The translations under genes were made by a program, and so were the position numbers. This document shows positions 41,337 to 51,137 of a DNA stretch of 64,000 bases, one piece after another. The notes under the pieces are model-generated. The model saw only the letters and a program-made list of their open reading frames with translations. It searched no databases and was not told the origin of the DNA. Every line of letters begins with the position of its first letter. Positions within the stretch are counted from its first letter, which is position 1. The stretch is from NCBI GenBank assembly GCA_031414775.1, contig JANOQI010000062.1, forward strand, positions 96,001 through 160,000, written 5' to 3'. This DNA is from Synechococcales cyanobacterium VAR_4_metabat_354. GTDB taxonomy: Bacteria > Cyanobacteriota > Cyanobacteriia > Cyanobacteriales > Chamaesiphonaceae.

Positions 41337-42689
41337 CTAGCGCATCGTCACGAATTCCTCAGCTGAGCTGGGGTGGATGCCTACGGTGGCATCAAAGTTA
41401 GCTTTAGTAGCGCCCATCTTGACCGCGATCGCCACCCCCTGGATAATTTCGGCGGCATGATCACCCACCATGTGGGCACCCAATACTTTGTCAGTAGCCA
41501 CTTCCACTACCAACTTCATCAAGGTTTTTTCTTGCTTGTCGGGCAACACATAGTACATAGGGCGGAACTTACTGCGATAGACCTTAATGGCATCCTCCCC
41601 ATATTGCTCTCTGGCCTCCGCTTCCATCAACCCGACCGTTGCCGCTTCCGGATGAGTAAAGATCGCAGTGGGAATATTGGTGTAAGACATTAAACGGGGT
41701 TTGTTACCATAGATTGTATCGGCAAAAGCGCGACCTTCATTAATCGCTACCGGAGTCAGCTCAATCCGATCAAGGCAATCACCAACCGCATAGATGTGCC
41801 CTTCGTTAGTGCAATTATATTCATCCGCTACGATCGCACCATTCTGAACTTTAACTTGAGTATTTTCTAACCCCAATCCATCCAAGCGAGGCTTGCGACC
41901 CAAGGCTGATAGAGCTAGGGCGTTAGCTTCTAAGATTTCTACCGAGTCACCAGTTTTTATTTTTAGCTGTATCCCCTCCGCAACTGGTTCGATCGCTATC
42001 AATTCAACAGAGTGGCGAATCTTAATACCGTGGTTAATCATCCCGGCCTGTACTTCTTCACGCAACTCTTGATCAAAGCCCCGCAAAATAAGATCACCGC
42101 GAATCACTTGAGTCACTTCGCTCCCTAGACCATTAAAGATACTGGCAAACTCTGAGCCAATATAGCCACCCCCCAAAACAATCAACTTCTTAGGTTGCTG
42201 AGGTAGAGCAAAAATCTCATCAGAAGTCAGGGCGTGCTCAATGCCTGCAATGTCGGGCTTCACTGGCTCCCCCCCCACCGCAATCAAAATTCTTTCGCCA
42301 GTATATTTTTTGTCCCCCACCGCCACGGTATGGCTATCGACAAAACTCCCCTTCCCGACGATTACTTCTACCTTGGAGTTATCCAGCATCCGCTGATAGA
42401 TGCCATTTAATCTGGCTACTTCGCCATTGACTTGGGTGACCATGCGTTGCCAGTCCAACTTACTCTCCACCGGACTCCAGCCATAGCCAGTCGCTTCGGC
42501 CATCAACCCCGGAAAATGGGAGGCATAGACCATTAATTTTTTCGGAATACAACCCCGATTAACACAGGTACCACCCAACCTGTCAAACTCAATCACAGCA
42601 ACCTTCGCTCCGTATTCAGCCGCCCGCCGCGCAGTCGCAATACCTCCAGAACCGGCACCAATCACCAACAAATCGTAGTCGTAGCTCAT
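41337..42689 (-). CDS. gor: Glutathione-disulfide reductase
   Basis: GAGSGG, GGTCVNRGCIPKK, LTPVAI, HPSSAEEFVTMR. Confidence 0.96.
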   Translation of the reverse strand: MSYDYDLLVIGAGSGGIATARRAAEYGAKVAVIEFDRLGGTCVNRGCIPKKLMVYASHFPGLMAEATGYGWSPVESKLDWQRMVTQVNGEVARLNGIYQRMLDNSKVEVIVGKGSFVDSHTVAVGDKKYTGERILIAVGGEPVKPDIAGIEHALTSDEIFALPQQPKKLIVLGGGYIGSEFASIFNGLGSEVTQVIRGDLILRGFDQELREEVQAGMINHGIKIRHSVELIAIEPVAEGIQLKIKTGDSVEILEANALALSALGRKPRLDGLGLENTQVKVQNGAIVADEYNCTNEGHIYAVGDCLDRIELTPVAINEGRAFADTIYGNKPRLMSYTNIPTAIFTHPEAATVGLMEAEAREQYGEDAIKVYRSKFRPMYYVLPDKQEKTLMKLVVEVATDKVLGAHMVGDHAAEIIQGVAIAVKMGATKANFDATVGIHPSSAEEFVTMR

Positions 42690-42822
42690 AGTTACCTCTT
42701 GGGATTAATACATTGCAATGGGAGAGTTTAGAGAGCAAAGACGCGCTCAATCCTCATTTATAAGTGAAGATCGAACGCAATCATTGCATCACAAAATAGG
42801 CCAGTCTAAGTTTTGTTAAGAC

Positions 42823-43356
42823 TTACTTAGCACCTTTCAAGTAAGCCAGCATGGTGTTGGCATCAGAGACTTCAAACGGATCCGTGGGGCAGTTGTCGCC
42901 AAAGTCTTTTTCCATAAATACTTTTTCGACATTCATGTCATCTACTACCATCGAGTAACGCCAAGAGCGCATTCCAAAGCCTAAGTTAGACTTCTCCACC
43001 AACATCCCCATTTTGCGAGTAAATTCGCCGTTGCCATCAGGTAGCAAGAACACCTTCGATGCGCCTTGGGCTTTACCCCATTGGTACATGACAAAAGCAT
43101 CATTAACTGAAACGCAAACGACGGCATCTACGCCTTGGGCTTGAAATTCTGTGTATAGCTCTTCGTAGCGAGGCAGATGAGAAGTAGAGCAAGTTGGTGT
43201 AAAAGCACCAGGTAAAGAGAAGACCACCACCTTTTTGCCAGCAAACAAATCTTTGCTAGTGACATCTTGCCAACGGAAAGGATTGTCGCCGCCAATGGAC
43301 TCGTCGCGCACGCGCGTTTTAAAAGTTACATCAGGAACACGAGTAATTACAGTCAT
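42823..43356 (-). CDS. Type II peroxiredoxin
   Basis: [27 protein letters not shown]. Confidence 0.93.
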   Translation of the reverse strand: MTVITRVPDVTFKTRVRDESIGGDNPFRWQDVTSKDLFAGKKVVVFSLPGAFTPTCSTSHLPRYEELYTEFQAQGVDAVVCVSVNDAFVMYQWGKAQGASKVFLLPDGNGEFTRKMGMLVEKSNLGFGMRSWRYSMVVDDMNVEKVFMEKDFGDNCPTDPFEVSDANTMLAYLKGAK

Positions 43357-43397
43357 CTAAAAATCTCTCTTGTGTTTTGGGGTAGGCTTAATATATC

Positions 43398-43412
43398 TCA
43401 GAATAATTCTGA
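43398..43412. promoter_or_regulatory. Putative Per/Fur box (7-1-7 inverted repeat TCAGAAT-A-ATTCTGA)
   Basis: Perfect 7-1-7 palindrome in the divergent prx/perR intergenic region, resembling TTATAATnATTATAA. Confidence 0.65.
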
Positions 43413-43531
43413 TTTAAGAACAAGTCAATAGTAATAAATACTTGAACACTTGAATCTTTATTACAAAGTACCTAGTTTAACTAAGGAACCTTTATAATTT
43501 TAGATATTAGTATACTTTAGCTATCAAAAAC

Positions 43532-43957
43532 ATGTCTGCTAGTACCGATGAGATCGTCTTAACTATGAAGCAGCAGGGCTTAAGAGTAACGCCCCAGCGC
43601 TTTGCGGTTTATGCTAATCTGCTCCAGCGCTTTGATCACCCCACCGCTGAGCAAATTTTAACGGAGCTGAATAGTGATGGGCCGGTGTCGTCGTTGGCGA
43701 CTGTATATAGCTCTTTGTTGGCACTGCGGACAGCTGGATTAATTAAAGAAGTCTTGTTAGAAGCCGGAGTGGGGCGTTACGATGCCAAAATTCAGCCCCA
43801 TCATCACTTGTGCTGCAATAACTGTGGTTCGATCGAAGACCTGCCTTGGCAAACCTTTGCTAATTTTGACTTAAGCCAAGTTGCATCCCAGTTTCAGACC
43901 CAGACCTACGAAGTAGTGGTGCGAGGAATTTGTCAGAGCTGTCAAAGCAACTACTAG
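43532..43957 (+). CDS. perR: Fur family peroxide-responsive regulator
   Basis: GLRVTPQR, DHPTAE, SLATVY, HHHLCC..C, C-terminal CQSC; divergent from the peroxiredoxin gene. Confidence 0.8.
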   Translation: MSASTDEIVLTMKQQGLRVTPQRFAVYANLLQRFDHPTAEQILTELNSDGPVSSLATVYSSLLALRTAGLIKEVLLEAGVGRYDAKIQPHHHLCCNNCGSIEDLPWQTFANFDLSQVASQFQTQTYEVVVRGICQSCQSNY

Positions 43958-44550
43958 CTTTCTTTACTTTGTTTGGCAAGGTCACTCAGCAGCCATAAAG
44001 AGCAGAATAAGCCCACAAAGTGGGCAAAAATCGTTTGGGTATTTGCGAGAGAGACGAGGACATCGATCGGCTGCACGGCAATTTGAGCTAGAGAAGAATT
44101 ACCATAGACAGCTCCTTGGATGGCAAAAGGATTGAGAATACCAAAAGACTTTAATGTCAAACTGAAGACCAGAGTTTCTGCTCCCAGTATTCCAAAGACT
44201 AAACCGATCGCATTGATGTTGACACCGGAGCGTAACAGCTTGATGGTATCGGCCTTACTAGGTCGATTGTTGGCATCCCGGAACCGTTCGGCAGTTTTGG
44301 TGTAACGGAAAAACCAAAACAATGACACTAAGAGCACAAATAAGGAGAGAGCGGCAAACACTAACCCCCCGCCGGTGTTTCTGGTGCTGTTATGAGTGGT
44401 AGTCCAGCCGATCGAGATCAATAGCAAAAATCCAGAAACAGCAGCTGGAATTAGCTGTACCAGGAACCCAAAACGGCCAATACGCTGAAGATTGGTAGCA
44501 ATTTCTTTGATTTTGACAGGATTTGAAACATTGTTAGGAGTGTCGTTCAT
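43954..44550 (-). CDS. DUF3611 family membrane protein
   Basis: R.GR.GF..QL, N..G.....LG, V.P.DV....AN..TI.AHFVG; ATG at 44550. Confidence 0.75.
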   Translation of the reverse strand: MNDTPNNVSNPVKIKEIATNLQRIGRFGFLVQLIPAAVSGFLLLISIGWTTTHNSTRNTGGGLVFAALSLFVLLVSLFWFFRYTKTAERFRDANNRPSKADTIKLLRSGVNINAIGLVFGILGAETLVFSLTLKSFGILNPFAIQGAVYGNSSLAQIAVQPIDVLVSLANTQTIFAHFVGLFCSLWLLSDLAKQSKES

Positions 44551-44825
44551 AAAATTTTTAGTAAATTGACAAAAAAGTATATATAGAAATTCTCCAATAG
44601 GAAGGATAATCGAGCTACCCTTGAAATAGAGTATCAACTAACTCGGTCAAAAATATTCAACTTCGATCGATTCATTGCGATCAGTTCATCATCCATAAAA
44701 TAGTTTGAGTGACGGGATACATTGAAGAAATTGCAATGTTCTGTCCAGTTAAGTGTGAGGTCACCGGATCGAGATGAGATCTTCCCGGGTTAAGTACTCT
44801 TAAAGCATTATATGTGGTCAAGCCT

Positions 44826-45194
44826 ATGAAATTTGATGATATTTACCGTTTCTTTAGAAATCCACCACCACTTTACCTAAATCAAGAATTAGCAGTCTGC
44901 TATATCTTGGCGATACTAATGGATGGGGACTCGTATGGAACTGAACTAATTTCACGGCTAGAAAAAGGCTCTGAAACTTTCCGCCTTTCTGACACTGTGC
45001 TATACAGTGCTATCAAGTTTTTGGAGGGATCAGGGATGATTTCTGGTTACTGGAAAAAGGTCGAAGGTCGAGGTCGTCCTCGCCGGATGTACCGAATTCA
45101 CCCCGATTGGGAAGAGAAAGCGCGCGAATTCGCGAGCTTCTGGAGTAACTATAGCCAATCCGGAAAAAAACAACTGACCCTAATCATGAGCTAG
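44826..45194 (+). CDS. pex: PadR family regulator, circadian period extender Pex
   Basis: F.DIY.FF.NPPP.YL.QELAVCYIL, DSYGTELI, RLSDTVLYSA, GRGRPRRMY. Confidence 0.85.
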   Translation: MKFDDIYRFFRNPPPLYLNQELAVCYILAILMDGDSYGTELISRLEKGSETFRLSDTVLYSAIKFLEGSGMISGYWKKVEGRGRPRRMYRIHPDWEEKAREFASFWSNYSQSGKKQLTLIMS

Positions 45195-45218
45195 TTGCTG
45201 GCAATGACAATAATCAAT

Positions 45219-45253
45219 CAGCAGAGAGCAAAATCAAATTTTGCTCTCTGCTG
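45219..45253. terminator. Perfect 16-bp-stem hairpin after pex
   Basis: cagcagagagcaaaat-caa-attttgctctctgctg. Confidence 0.7.
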
Positions 45254-45285
45254 CTCTTGTGATAATATGAGTTGCTGTCGGAAAT

Positions 45286-45356
45286 GCGAGCATAGTTTAG
45301 TGGTAAAACTATAGCCTTCCAAGCTATTGATGTGGGTTCGATTCCCACTGCTCGCT
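45286..45356 (+). tRNA. tRNA-Gly (TCC)
   Basis: Acceptor stem gcgagca/tgctcgc, D loop tagtggtaa, anticodon arm atagc-ctTCCaa-gctat, T loop ggttcgattcc; CCA not encoded. Confidence 0.95.
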
Positions 45357-45368
45357 TAAGTTTTGTAT

Positions 45369-45782
45369 TTAATCCGTTATGTTTCCTCGCAGCGCTTTTA
45401 CTTGGCTGCGCTTTGTTTTGCTATCCATGCGTTTGCGTTGGGCGCTACGTGATGGTTTGGTGGCTTTGCGTTTAGGGGCAGTAATGGTAACTTTGAGAAT
45501 AATTTCTTGGAGTCTTTTTAGTGCATCGGCCTTATTCTGTTCTTGAGTGCGGTGTTGTTGGGCTTTGATAATAATTACCCCCTCTTTAGTAATCCGTCGA
45601 TCGCTTAAATTAAGCAAGCGTTCTTTGTAAAGGGGTGAGAGGGAAGCGGCGTTGATGTCGAAACGTAAATGAATAGCCGTAGCAACTTTGTTAACATTTT
45701 GGCCACCAGCACCTTGCGATCGAATAGCACTAATTTCGATTTCGCTGAGCGGAATGGTAGTTCGGTTAGTAATTTGCAGCAT
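45369..45782 (-). CDS. arfB: Alternative ribosome rescue factor B
   Basis: GAGGQNVNKV (GGQ motif), RTQEQNK, basic tail. Confidence 0.93.
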   Translation of the reverse strand: MLQITNRTTIPLSEIEISAIRSQGAGGQNVNKVATAIHLRFDINAASLSPLYKERLLNLSDRRITKEGVIIIKAQQHRTQEQNKADALKRLQEIILKVTITAPKRKATKPSRSAQRKRMDSKTKRSQVKALRGNITD

Positions 45783-45811
45783 GGAAACGTTTTTGTGTTG
45801 ACATAGAAAAA

Positions 45812-46705
45812 TTATGATTGGGCCAAAACAACCTTTGGCCAGAGCTGTTGACTTTCATTAACAATCCCGATTCCCACCACTACCGCTAATTCTGTTGTAA
45901 CGCAAATTGGTACGGCGATCGGTAACTCTGGTGGCATTGGTAGATTTGATGGCAATAAAATCGCCCGACCTTGAAACCAGTCCACCAATTCTTGCTCATT
46001 CAAATTTATCCTCGGTAAATGGGGCAGCGCTGCTAAAGGGGCGGTCGGCTGAAAATCGGTGGCTTGTTCTAAATTGGTGAGGCTAATACTGTGAGCTAGC
46101 TCTAAATTACAGCTTTTAGTCCGAATCAAATTCGCTAAAGTAGCCACGGTGCCGACGGCTATCCCCAAATCACGGGCGATCGATCGAATGTAAGTACCAC
46201 CACCACAGGCAATATCTACTGTCAATTCTGGAAATTCTCCTGGTTGCCAATGGTGCAGATCGATCGACTGAATCTGCACCTGCCGCGCTGGGACTTCTAC
46301 CGTTTCACCGGCTCTTGCCAGCTTGTATAAGCGCTGACCATTGACTTGAATGGCACTGTACATCGGTGGAATTTGGGTAATTTCACCAATAAAACTGGGG
46401 ATAGCCTGTTCGATCGTCCCCAATTGCAAGTCGGGTGCCCCCGGCTTGGCTAAAATCTCGCCTTCCAAATCATCAGTAGTCGTGTTCAGGCCAAATCGAA
46501 TTACTGCTCGGTAAGCTTTGTTATTAGGCAAGTAGGGTAGCAATCGCGTAGCTTTACCAATAGCGATCGGTAATACCCCCGTAGCTAATGGATCGAGCGT
46601 GCCACCATGACCAACCTTTTTGGTTCGTAAAATCCGCCGCACCCTAGCAACACAATCGTGGGAAGTAAGTCCGGCTGGCTTATTAAGATTGAGAAAACCA
46701 TCCAT
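45812..46705 (-). CDS. truB: tRNA pseudouridine(55) synthase
   Basis: LNKPAGLTSHD, GHGGTLDPLATGVL, PPMYSA, GTYIRS. Confidence 0.96.
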   Translation of the reverse strand: MDGFLNLNKPAGLTSHDCVARVRRILRTKKVGHGGTLDPLATGVLPIAIGKATRLLPYLPNNKAYRAVIRFGLNTTTDDLEGEILAKPGAPDLQLGTIEQAIPSFIGEITQIPPMYSAIQVNGQRLYKLARAGETVEVPARQVQIQSIDLHHWQPGEFPELTVDIACGGGTYIRSIARDLGIAVGTVATLANLIRTKSCNLELAHSISLTNLEQATDFQPTAPLAALPHLPRINLNEQELVDWFQGRAILLPSNLPMPPELPIAVPICVTTELAVVVGIGIVNESQQLWPKVVLAQS

Positions 46706-46862
46706 TGATTCAACCAAGAATTTACGGCAATGTGGGTAATGATCCCCACTGATCCCACATCATACGATTTGTATCGTCATCAGCGGAAATGAGCACGAAT
46801 ATTAAGATAATATAAAGCCAGACCTCAGCCAGAGAAGTTTTCCTACAAGGAAAAATATTGCC

Positions 46863-48446
46863 ATGTCGATCGGTTATGTCGCTTTAGTTCTCCACGCCCA
46901 TTTGCCCTTTGTTCGCCATCCTGAAAGCGACTTTGTATTAGAAGAAGAATGGCTCTATGAAGCAATTACTGAAACCTATATTCCCCTATTAAGAGTCTTT
47001 CAAGGGCTGAAGCGGGATGGCGTGAATTTCAAGCTGACCATGAGCATGACTCCACCATTGGTGTCCATGCTCCGCGATCCGTTGCTGCAAGGACGTTACG
47101 AAGAACATTTGGCCAAGCTGGAAGAGCTGCTTGTTAAAGAAATTGCTAACAACGATCACAATGGTCATATCAAATACCTAGCAGAGTACTACGCCACCGA
47201 CTTTGAGGATATTCGGCGGGTATGGGACTCCTATGGTGGTGACTTAACCCGAGGATTTAAAGAATTTTTAGATAGCGGCAACCTAGAAATTATCACCTGC
47301 GGTGCCACCCATGGCTATCTACCGCTGATGAAAATGCATCCGCAAGCAGTTTGGTCACAAATTAAAGTGGCCTGTGAACACTACGAGGAAACTTTTGGCC
47401 GTGCGCCCAAAGGGATCTGGCTGCCCGAATGTGCTTACTACGAAGGGCTAGAAAGAATGCTGGCCGATGCTGGGTTGCGGTACTTTCTCACCGATGGACA
47501 TGGGATTCTCTACGCTCGTCCCCGTCCGCGTTTTGGCACCTACGCACCGATCTTCACCGAAACTGGGGTGGCGGCTTTTGGCCGCGATCATGAATCTTCC
47601 CAGCAAGTTTGGTCATCTAAAGTTGGCTATCCTGGTGCACCCGAATATCGCGAATTCTATAAAGATTTGGGTTGGGAAGCTGACTACGAATACATCAAGC
47701 CGTACATTATGCCCAACGGCCAGCGCAAGAATATTGGGATTAAATATCACAAAATTACTTCCAAAACTGGCCACGAAAAGGCGCTGTACGATCCTTACTG
47801 GGCAAGGAAAAAAGCGGCTGATCATGCTGAAGATTTCATGCTCAATCGTCAGCGCCAAGCTGGTGACTTAGCAAATATGATGAATCGACCACCACTGATT
47901 GTGTCGCCCTATGATGCCGAGCTGTTTGGACATTGGTGGTATGAAGGTCCGTGGTTTATTGACTACTTATTCCGCAAATCTTGGTTTGATCAAAATACCT
48001 TTGAGATGACTCACCTGGCAGAATATCTACAGAATAATCCTGCTCAGCAGGTCTGTCGTCCATCCCAATCTAGTTGGGGGTATAAGGGTTTCCATGAATA
48101 TTGGCTAAATGATAAAAACCAATGGGTTTATCCGCATCTACATAAGGCGGCTGAACGGATGATAGAGTTGGCGGAACGAGAACCAGCAGATGAGTTGGAG
48201 TGGCGAGCGCTGAATCAAGCGGCGCGAGAAGTGTTGTTGCTTCAGTCTTCTGATTGGGCTTTTATTATGCGTACCGGTACAATGGTGCCCTATGCGGTGC
48301 GGCGCACTAAGTCTCACTTGCTGCGTTTCTTGAAGCTTTATGATGATATTAAGGCTGAGAAAATTGATAGTGGTTGGCTGGGTAAAATTGAGGAAATGGA
48401 TAATATCTTCCCTAATATTAATTACCGTACCTATCGATCGATCTAG
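46863..48446 (+). CDS. Glycoside hydrolase family 57 (DUF1957, branching-enzyme type)
   Basis: LHAHLPFVRHP, THGYLP, GIWLPEC, PYDAELFGHWWYEG, QSSDWAF. Confidence 0.92.
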   Translation: MSIGYVALVLHAHLPFVRHPESDFVLEEEWLYEAITETYIPLLRVFQGLKRDGVNFKLTMSMTPPLVSMLRDPLLQGRYEEHLAKLEELLVKEIANNDHNGHIKYLAEYYATDFEDIRRVWDSYGGDLTRGFKEFLDSGNLEIITCGATHGYLPLMKMHPQAVWSQIKVACEHYEETFGRAPKGIWLPECAYYEGLERMLADAGLRYFLTDGHGILYARPRPRFGTYAPIFTETGVAAFGRDHESSQQVWSSKVGYPGAPEYREFYKDLGWEADYEYIKPYIMPNGQRKNIGIKYHKITSKTGHEKALYDPYWARKKAADHAEDFMLNRQRQAGDLANMMNRPPLIVSPYDAELFGHWWYEGPWFIDYLFRKSWFDQNTFEMTHLAEYLQNNPAQQVCRPSQSSWGYKGFHEYWLNDKNQWVYPHLHKAAERMIELAEREPADELEWRALNQAAREVLLLQSSDWAFIMRTGTMVPYAVRRTKSHLLRFLKLYDDIKAEKIDSGWLGKIEEMDNIFPNINYRTYRSI

Positions 48447-48624
48447 TCCGGTTTTAATTCCCAAATGTTTTTCAAGGGAACTTGCTCTTGTAGCATTTTC
48501 AGTGCAATTTCTTTTTGGGCGCGATTAAAACCAATTTTCTCGCTGACTTTTTGGTTAAAAACGACTAAACAGAACGGTTCTCGGTGACATAATAGAGCAT
48601 AGGACTTTTTGGAGAATATCATCA

Positions 48625-49173
48625 ATGGTTCGGCCAATTACCTTAGTAGAGTTCCTGGATATACCAGAGACTAAGCCAGCTAGTGAGTATATTGATGGTC
48701 GAATCATCCAAAAATCCATGCCTCAAGGTCAGCACAGCATAATTCAGCGACAGTTATTATTTGCAATTGATCCTATTCTCAACAATCAAGGTATTGCCCA
48801 AGCTTTTCCAGAACTTCGTTGTAATTTTGCAGATCGTTCGATCGTTCCTGACGTAGCAGTGTTTGAGAGTTCTAGAATCCCGGTTAATGAGCAAGGTGAT
48901 GTGGAAAATGTGTTTGAGATTGCGCCGGATTGGACAATCGAAATCCTTTCTCCAGGGCAAAGTACTACTAAGGTTTTGAAGAATATTAAGTATTGCCTAG
49001 CTCATGGTACTCAGATGGGCTGGTTGATTGACCCCGAAGATCGATCGGTGATAGTTATTGGTCAAATGTTTGATGCGATCGATGAACCAAATGTTATTTT
49101 GCCAGTACCAGAATTTGCTAAGTCGATTCAGCTAACTGTATCGGATATATTTGGCTGGCTTCAGAAAAAATGA
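48625..49173 (+). CDS. Uma2 family endonuclease
   Basis: PETKPASEYIDG, PELRC, VPDVAV, PDWTIEILSP, GWLIDP. Confidence 0.9.
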   Translation: MVRPITLVEFLDIPETKPASEYIDGRIIQKSMPQGQHSIIQRQLLFAIDPILNNQGIAQAFPELRCNFADRSIVPDVAVFESSRIPVNEQGDVENVFEIAPDWTIEILSPGQSTTKVLKNIKYCLAHGTQMGWLIDPEDRSVIVIGQMFDAIDEPNVILPVPEFAKSIQLTVSDIFGWLQKK

Positions 49174-49188
49174 TAAACCTTTTTTTCG

Positions 49189-49674
49189 TTAGCTTTTAGG
49201 TAGTTGGTGATAGCTTTGCAAATCGCTATCTAGCGACCAAATTAATATTTCACTCATTGGAAATTGTTTGCATGATTTATGAAATTCTTCAATAATACTC
49301 AAATCGCCAAAACTGGTGCCTTCTTGTCTATCAGGAGCTTTGTTGCTCCCTGCACAATCAGGGAAATTTTTTATCCATAATAGTAAATCTTCCTTCAGCC
49401 AGAATGCTGTAGGTCGCCAAGGTGCTTCTCCTGCAAACGATGCCATAATTTGTTCAACAAAATGTTGAGCTGTTTTGCGACGAACTCTACCATCACCATT
49501 TTGAGCGATATGATTGCCGGTCTCAATAATGGTAGCCATTGGTAAATAAAAAGTACATTTTGATTCAGTGTAAACATCAAAATCCTGTCTTACCGATTCT
49601 ACATTCTGATTGCAGTTAGGAACATCCAGTAGATTCAGAAACACACTAGTATCAATAATATAGATACTAGTCAT
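49189..49674 (-). CDS. PIN-domain-like protein
   Basis: IIDTSVF, TIIETGNH, GDLSII and SLDSDL supply the four PIN-type acidic positions; start overlaps the ATPase stop. Confidence 0.65.
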   Translation of the reverse strand: MTSIYIIDTSVFLNLLDVPNCNQNVESVRQDFDVYTESKCTFYLPMATIIETGNHIAQNGDGRVRRKTAQHFVEQIMASFAGEAPWRPTAFWLKEDLLLWIKNFPDCAGSNKAPDRQEGTSFGDLSIIEEFHKSCKQFPMSEILIWSLDSDLQSYHQLPKS

Positions 49675-51058
49675 TACTATATTCCCGTAAGCGAGCTAGC
49701 CATTCTTTTGCTTTTCGTTTTTTTTCTTCCGGTGTATTTGGAAACTTTGCAAATCTATCAACGATCCCATTTGTTACTAATTGTCCAAGTGGTCCTTGGA
49801 CAATTAGGTCAGGAAATTCATCCATATCGCCAAGTTTAACCAGACGACTATCGCCTTGCTCGGGGTCGCGATAGCAAAATACTACGTCACCTAGAGCTTC
49901 ATCGGGCAGGGCATCCATTAATGCTGGATTGTGGGTAGAGAGTAGTACGCGTAACTTTCGTTTTTCGGCGATATCTCGAATGTTGGCTAATAGATGCTTG
50001 GCACGGCTGGGATGAACGCCGTTATCAATTTCTTCGATGACTACTAGGCTGCCGGCGGTGGCTGAAAGCATGGCGGCAGCGATCGCTAATACCCGCAAAG
50101 TGCCATCAGATAACAGAGCTGCTTCACAATATCGTTGGGTATTTCCAAAAGTTTCTGAAAGCCTGACCATTACTTCATCTCGGGGACCAATCAGAAAATC
50201 CAGGCCATCGATTTCCTGTTCTGGCAAACTTTGGATGAAGTTCAGGATTAATTGTTTATTGTCTGGCTGATTTTCCCATAAGTGAAATAGTACACTAGAC
50301 AGATTGCTACCATTTTCTAGTAATTGTTGATAGTCAAATTTTTGACTGTAATTTCGCATGTTAGCAGGAATAAAATCGAAGAATAGGATATTCTGTAATA
50401 CCATCTGATATTCGTGGGTAACTTTTTTAACTACATCTTGATTTTCTTTGAATTCATCATTAATTAATTGGCGACTTTCACTAATATCGAGAGTTACTGG
50501 TGGAATGAATTTTGCATCTTGGTAAACCTGTGGAATATCTAATTGAACGAATATAGCTTTTTGGTTATCACATTCAAAAAAATAGCCATGCTCAAGTTTA
50601 GTTAATGTATCGAAACGCACTATGATTGCATCTAGCGATGCTGCTCCAATTAGTCTAGCTGATGAAGGGTTAGTATCCGTCACATATAGCGATAAGTTGT
50701 CTAAATTAATAATATGTTCAGAAGTAATCTTCATTTCTCCTTTTGACACACTGATGTTTATATCAAGTTGATTCCATTCTGTTGAATTTAAACGGCACCC
50801 AAGAGTAAAGTTTGATTCGCCATAATGGCATAAGTCATTGATGCGACCACGAATTACCTGCTCCGAATCCGCACTATTCACCGCATACTGAATACTCGAA
50901 AGTTTTTGCCCTTGAGCTAGCCAAGAAAGAAAGCGCAAACCTTCAATAATATTACTTTTGCCCGAAGCATTCGCTCCGATTAAAACAGTCAAAGATCCCA
51001 ACGGTAATCGACTATTTTTATAACTTTTGAAATTGGAAAGGGTAAATTCGGTCAGCAT
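49667..51058 (-). CDS. ABC-type ATPase (AAA_21/AAA_15-like)
   Basis: NFKSY, Walker A GANASGKS, signature LSDGTLR, Walker B VVIEEIDNGVHP, H-loop STHNP. Confidence 0.9.
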   Translation of the reverse strand: MLTEFTLSNFKSYKNSRLPLGSLTVLIGANASGKSNIIEGLRFLSWLAQGQKLSSIQYAVNSADSEQVIRGRINDLCHYGESNFTLGCRLNSTEWNQLDINISVSKGEMKITSEHIINLDNLSLYVTDTNPSSARLIGAASLDAIIVRFDTLTKLEHGYFFECDNQKAIFVQLDIPQVYQDAKFIPPVTLDISESRQLINDEFKENQDVVKKVTHEYQMVLQNILFFDFIPANMRNYSQKFDYQQLLENGSNLSSVLFHLWENQPDNKQLILNFIQSLPEQEIDGLDFLIGPRDEVMVRLSETFGNTQRYCEAALLSDGTLRVLAIAAAMLSATAGSLVVIEEIDNGVHPSRAKHLLANIRDIAEKRKLRVLLSTHNPALMDALPDEALGDVVFCYRDPEQGDSRLVKLGDMDEFPDLIVQGPLGQLVTNGIVDRFAKFPNTPEEKKRKAKEWLARLREYSND

Positions 51059-51137
51059 GGCGCTCATTCTATAAATCTCGCTGGAATGCTCGATGTTCAG
51101 AGTATTCATTCTAATCCCAACCAGATAAACAGGGAAT

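Noticed and set aside
45286..45400. tRNA-Gly as an integration site for an island
   Set aside because: No integrase nearby and no duplicated tRNA 3' end noticed in the window; the downstream genes arfB and truB are housekeeping
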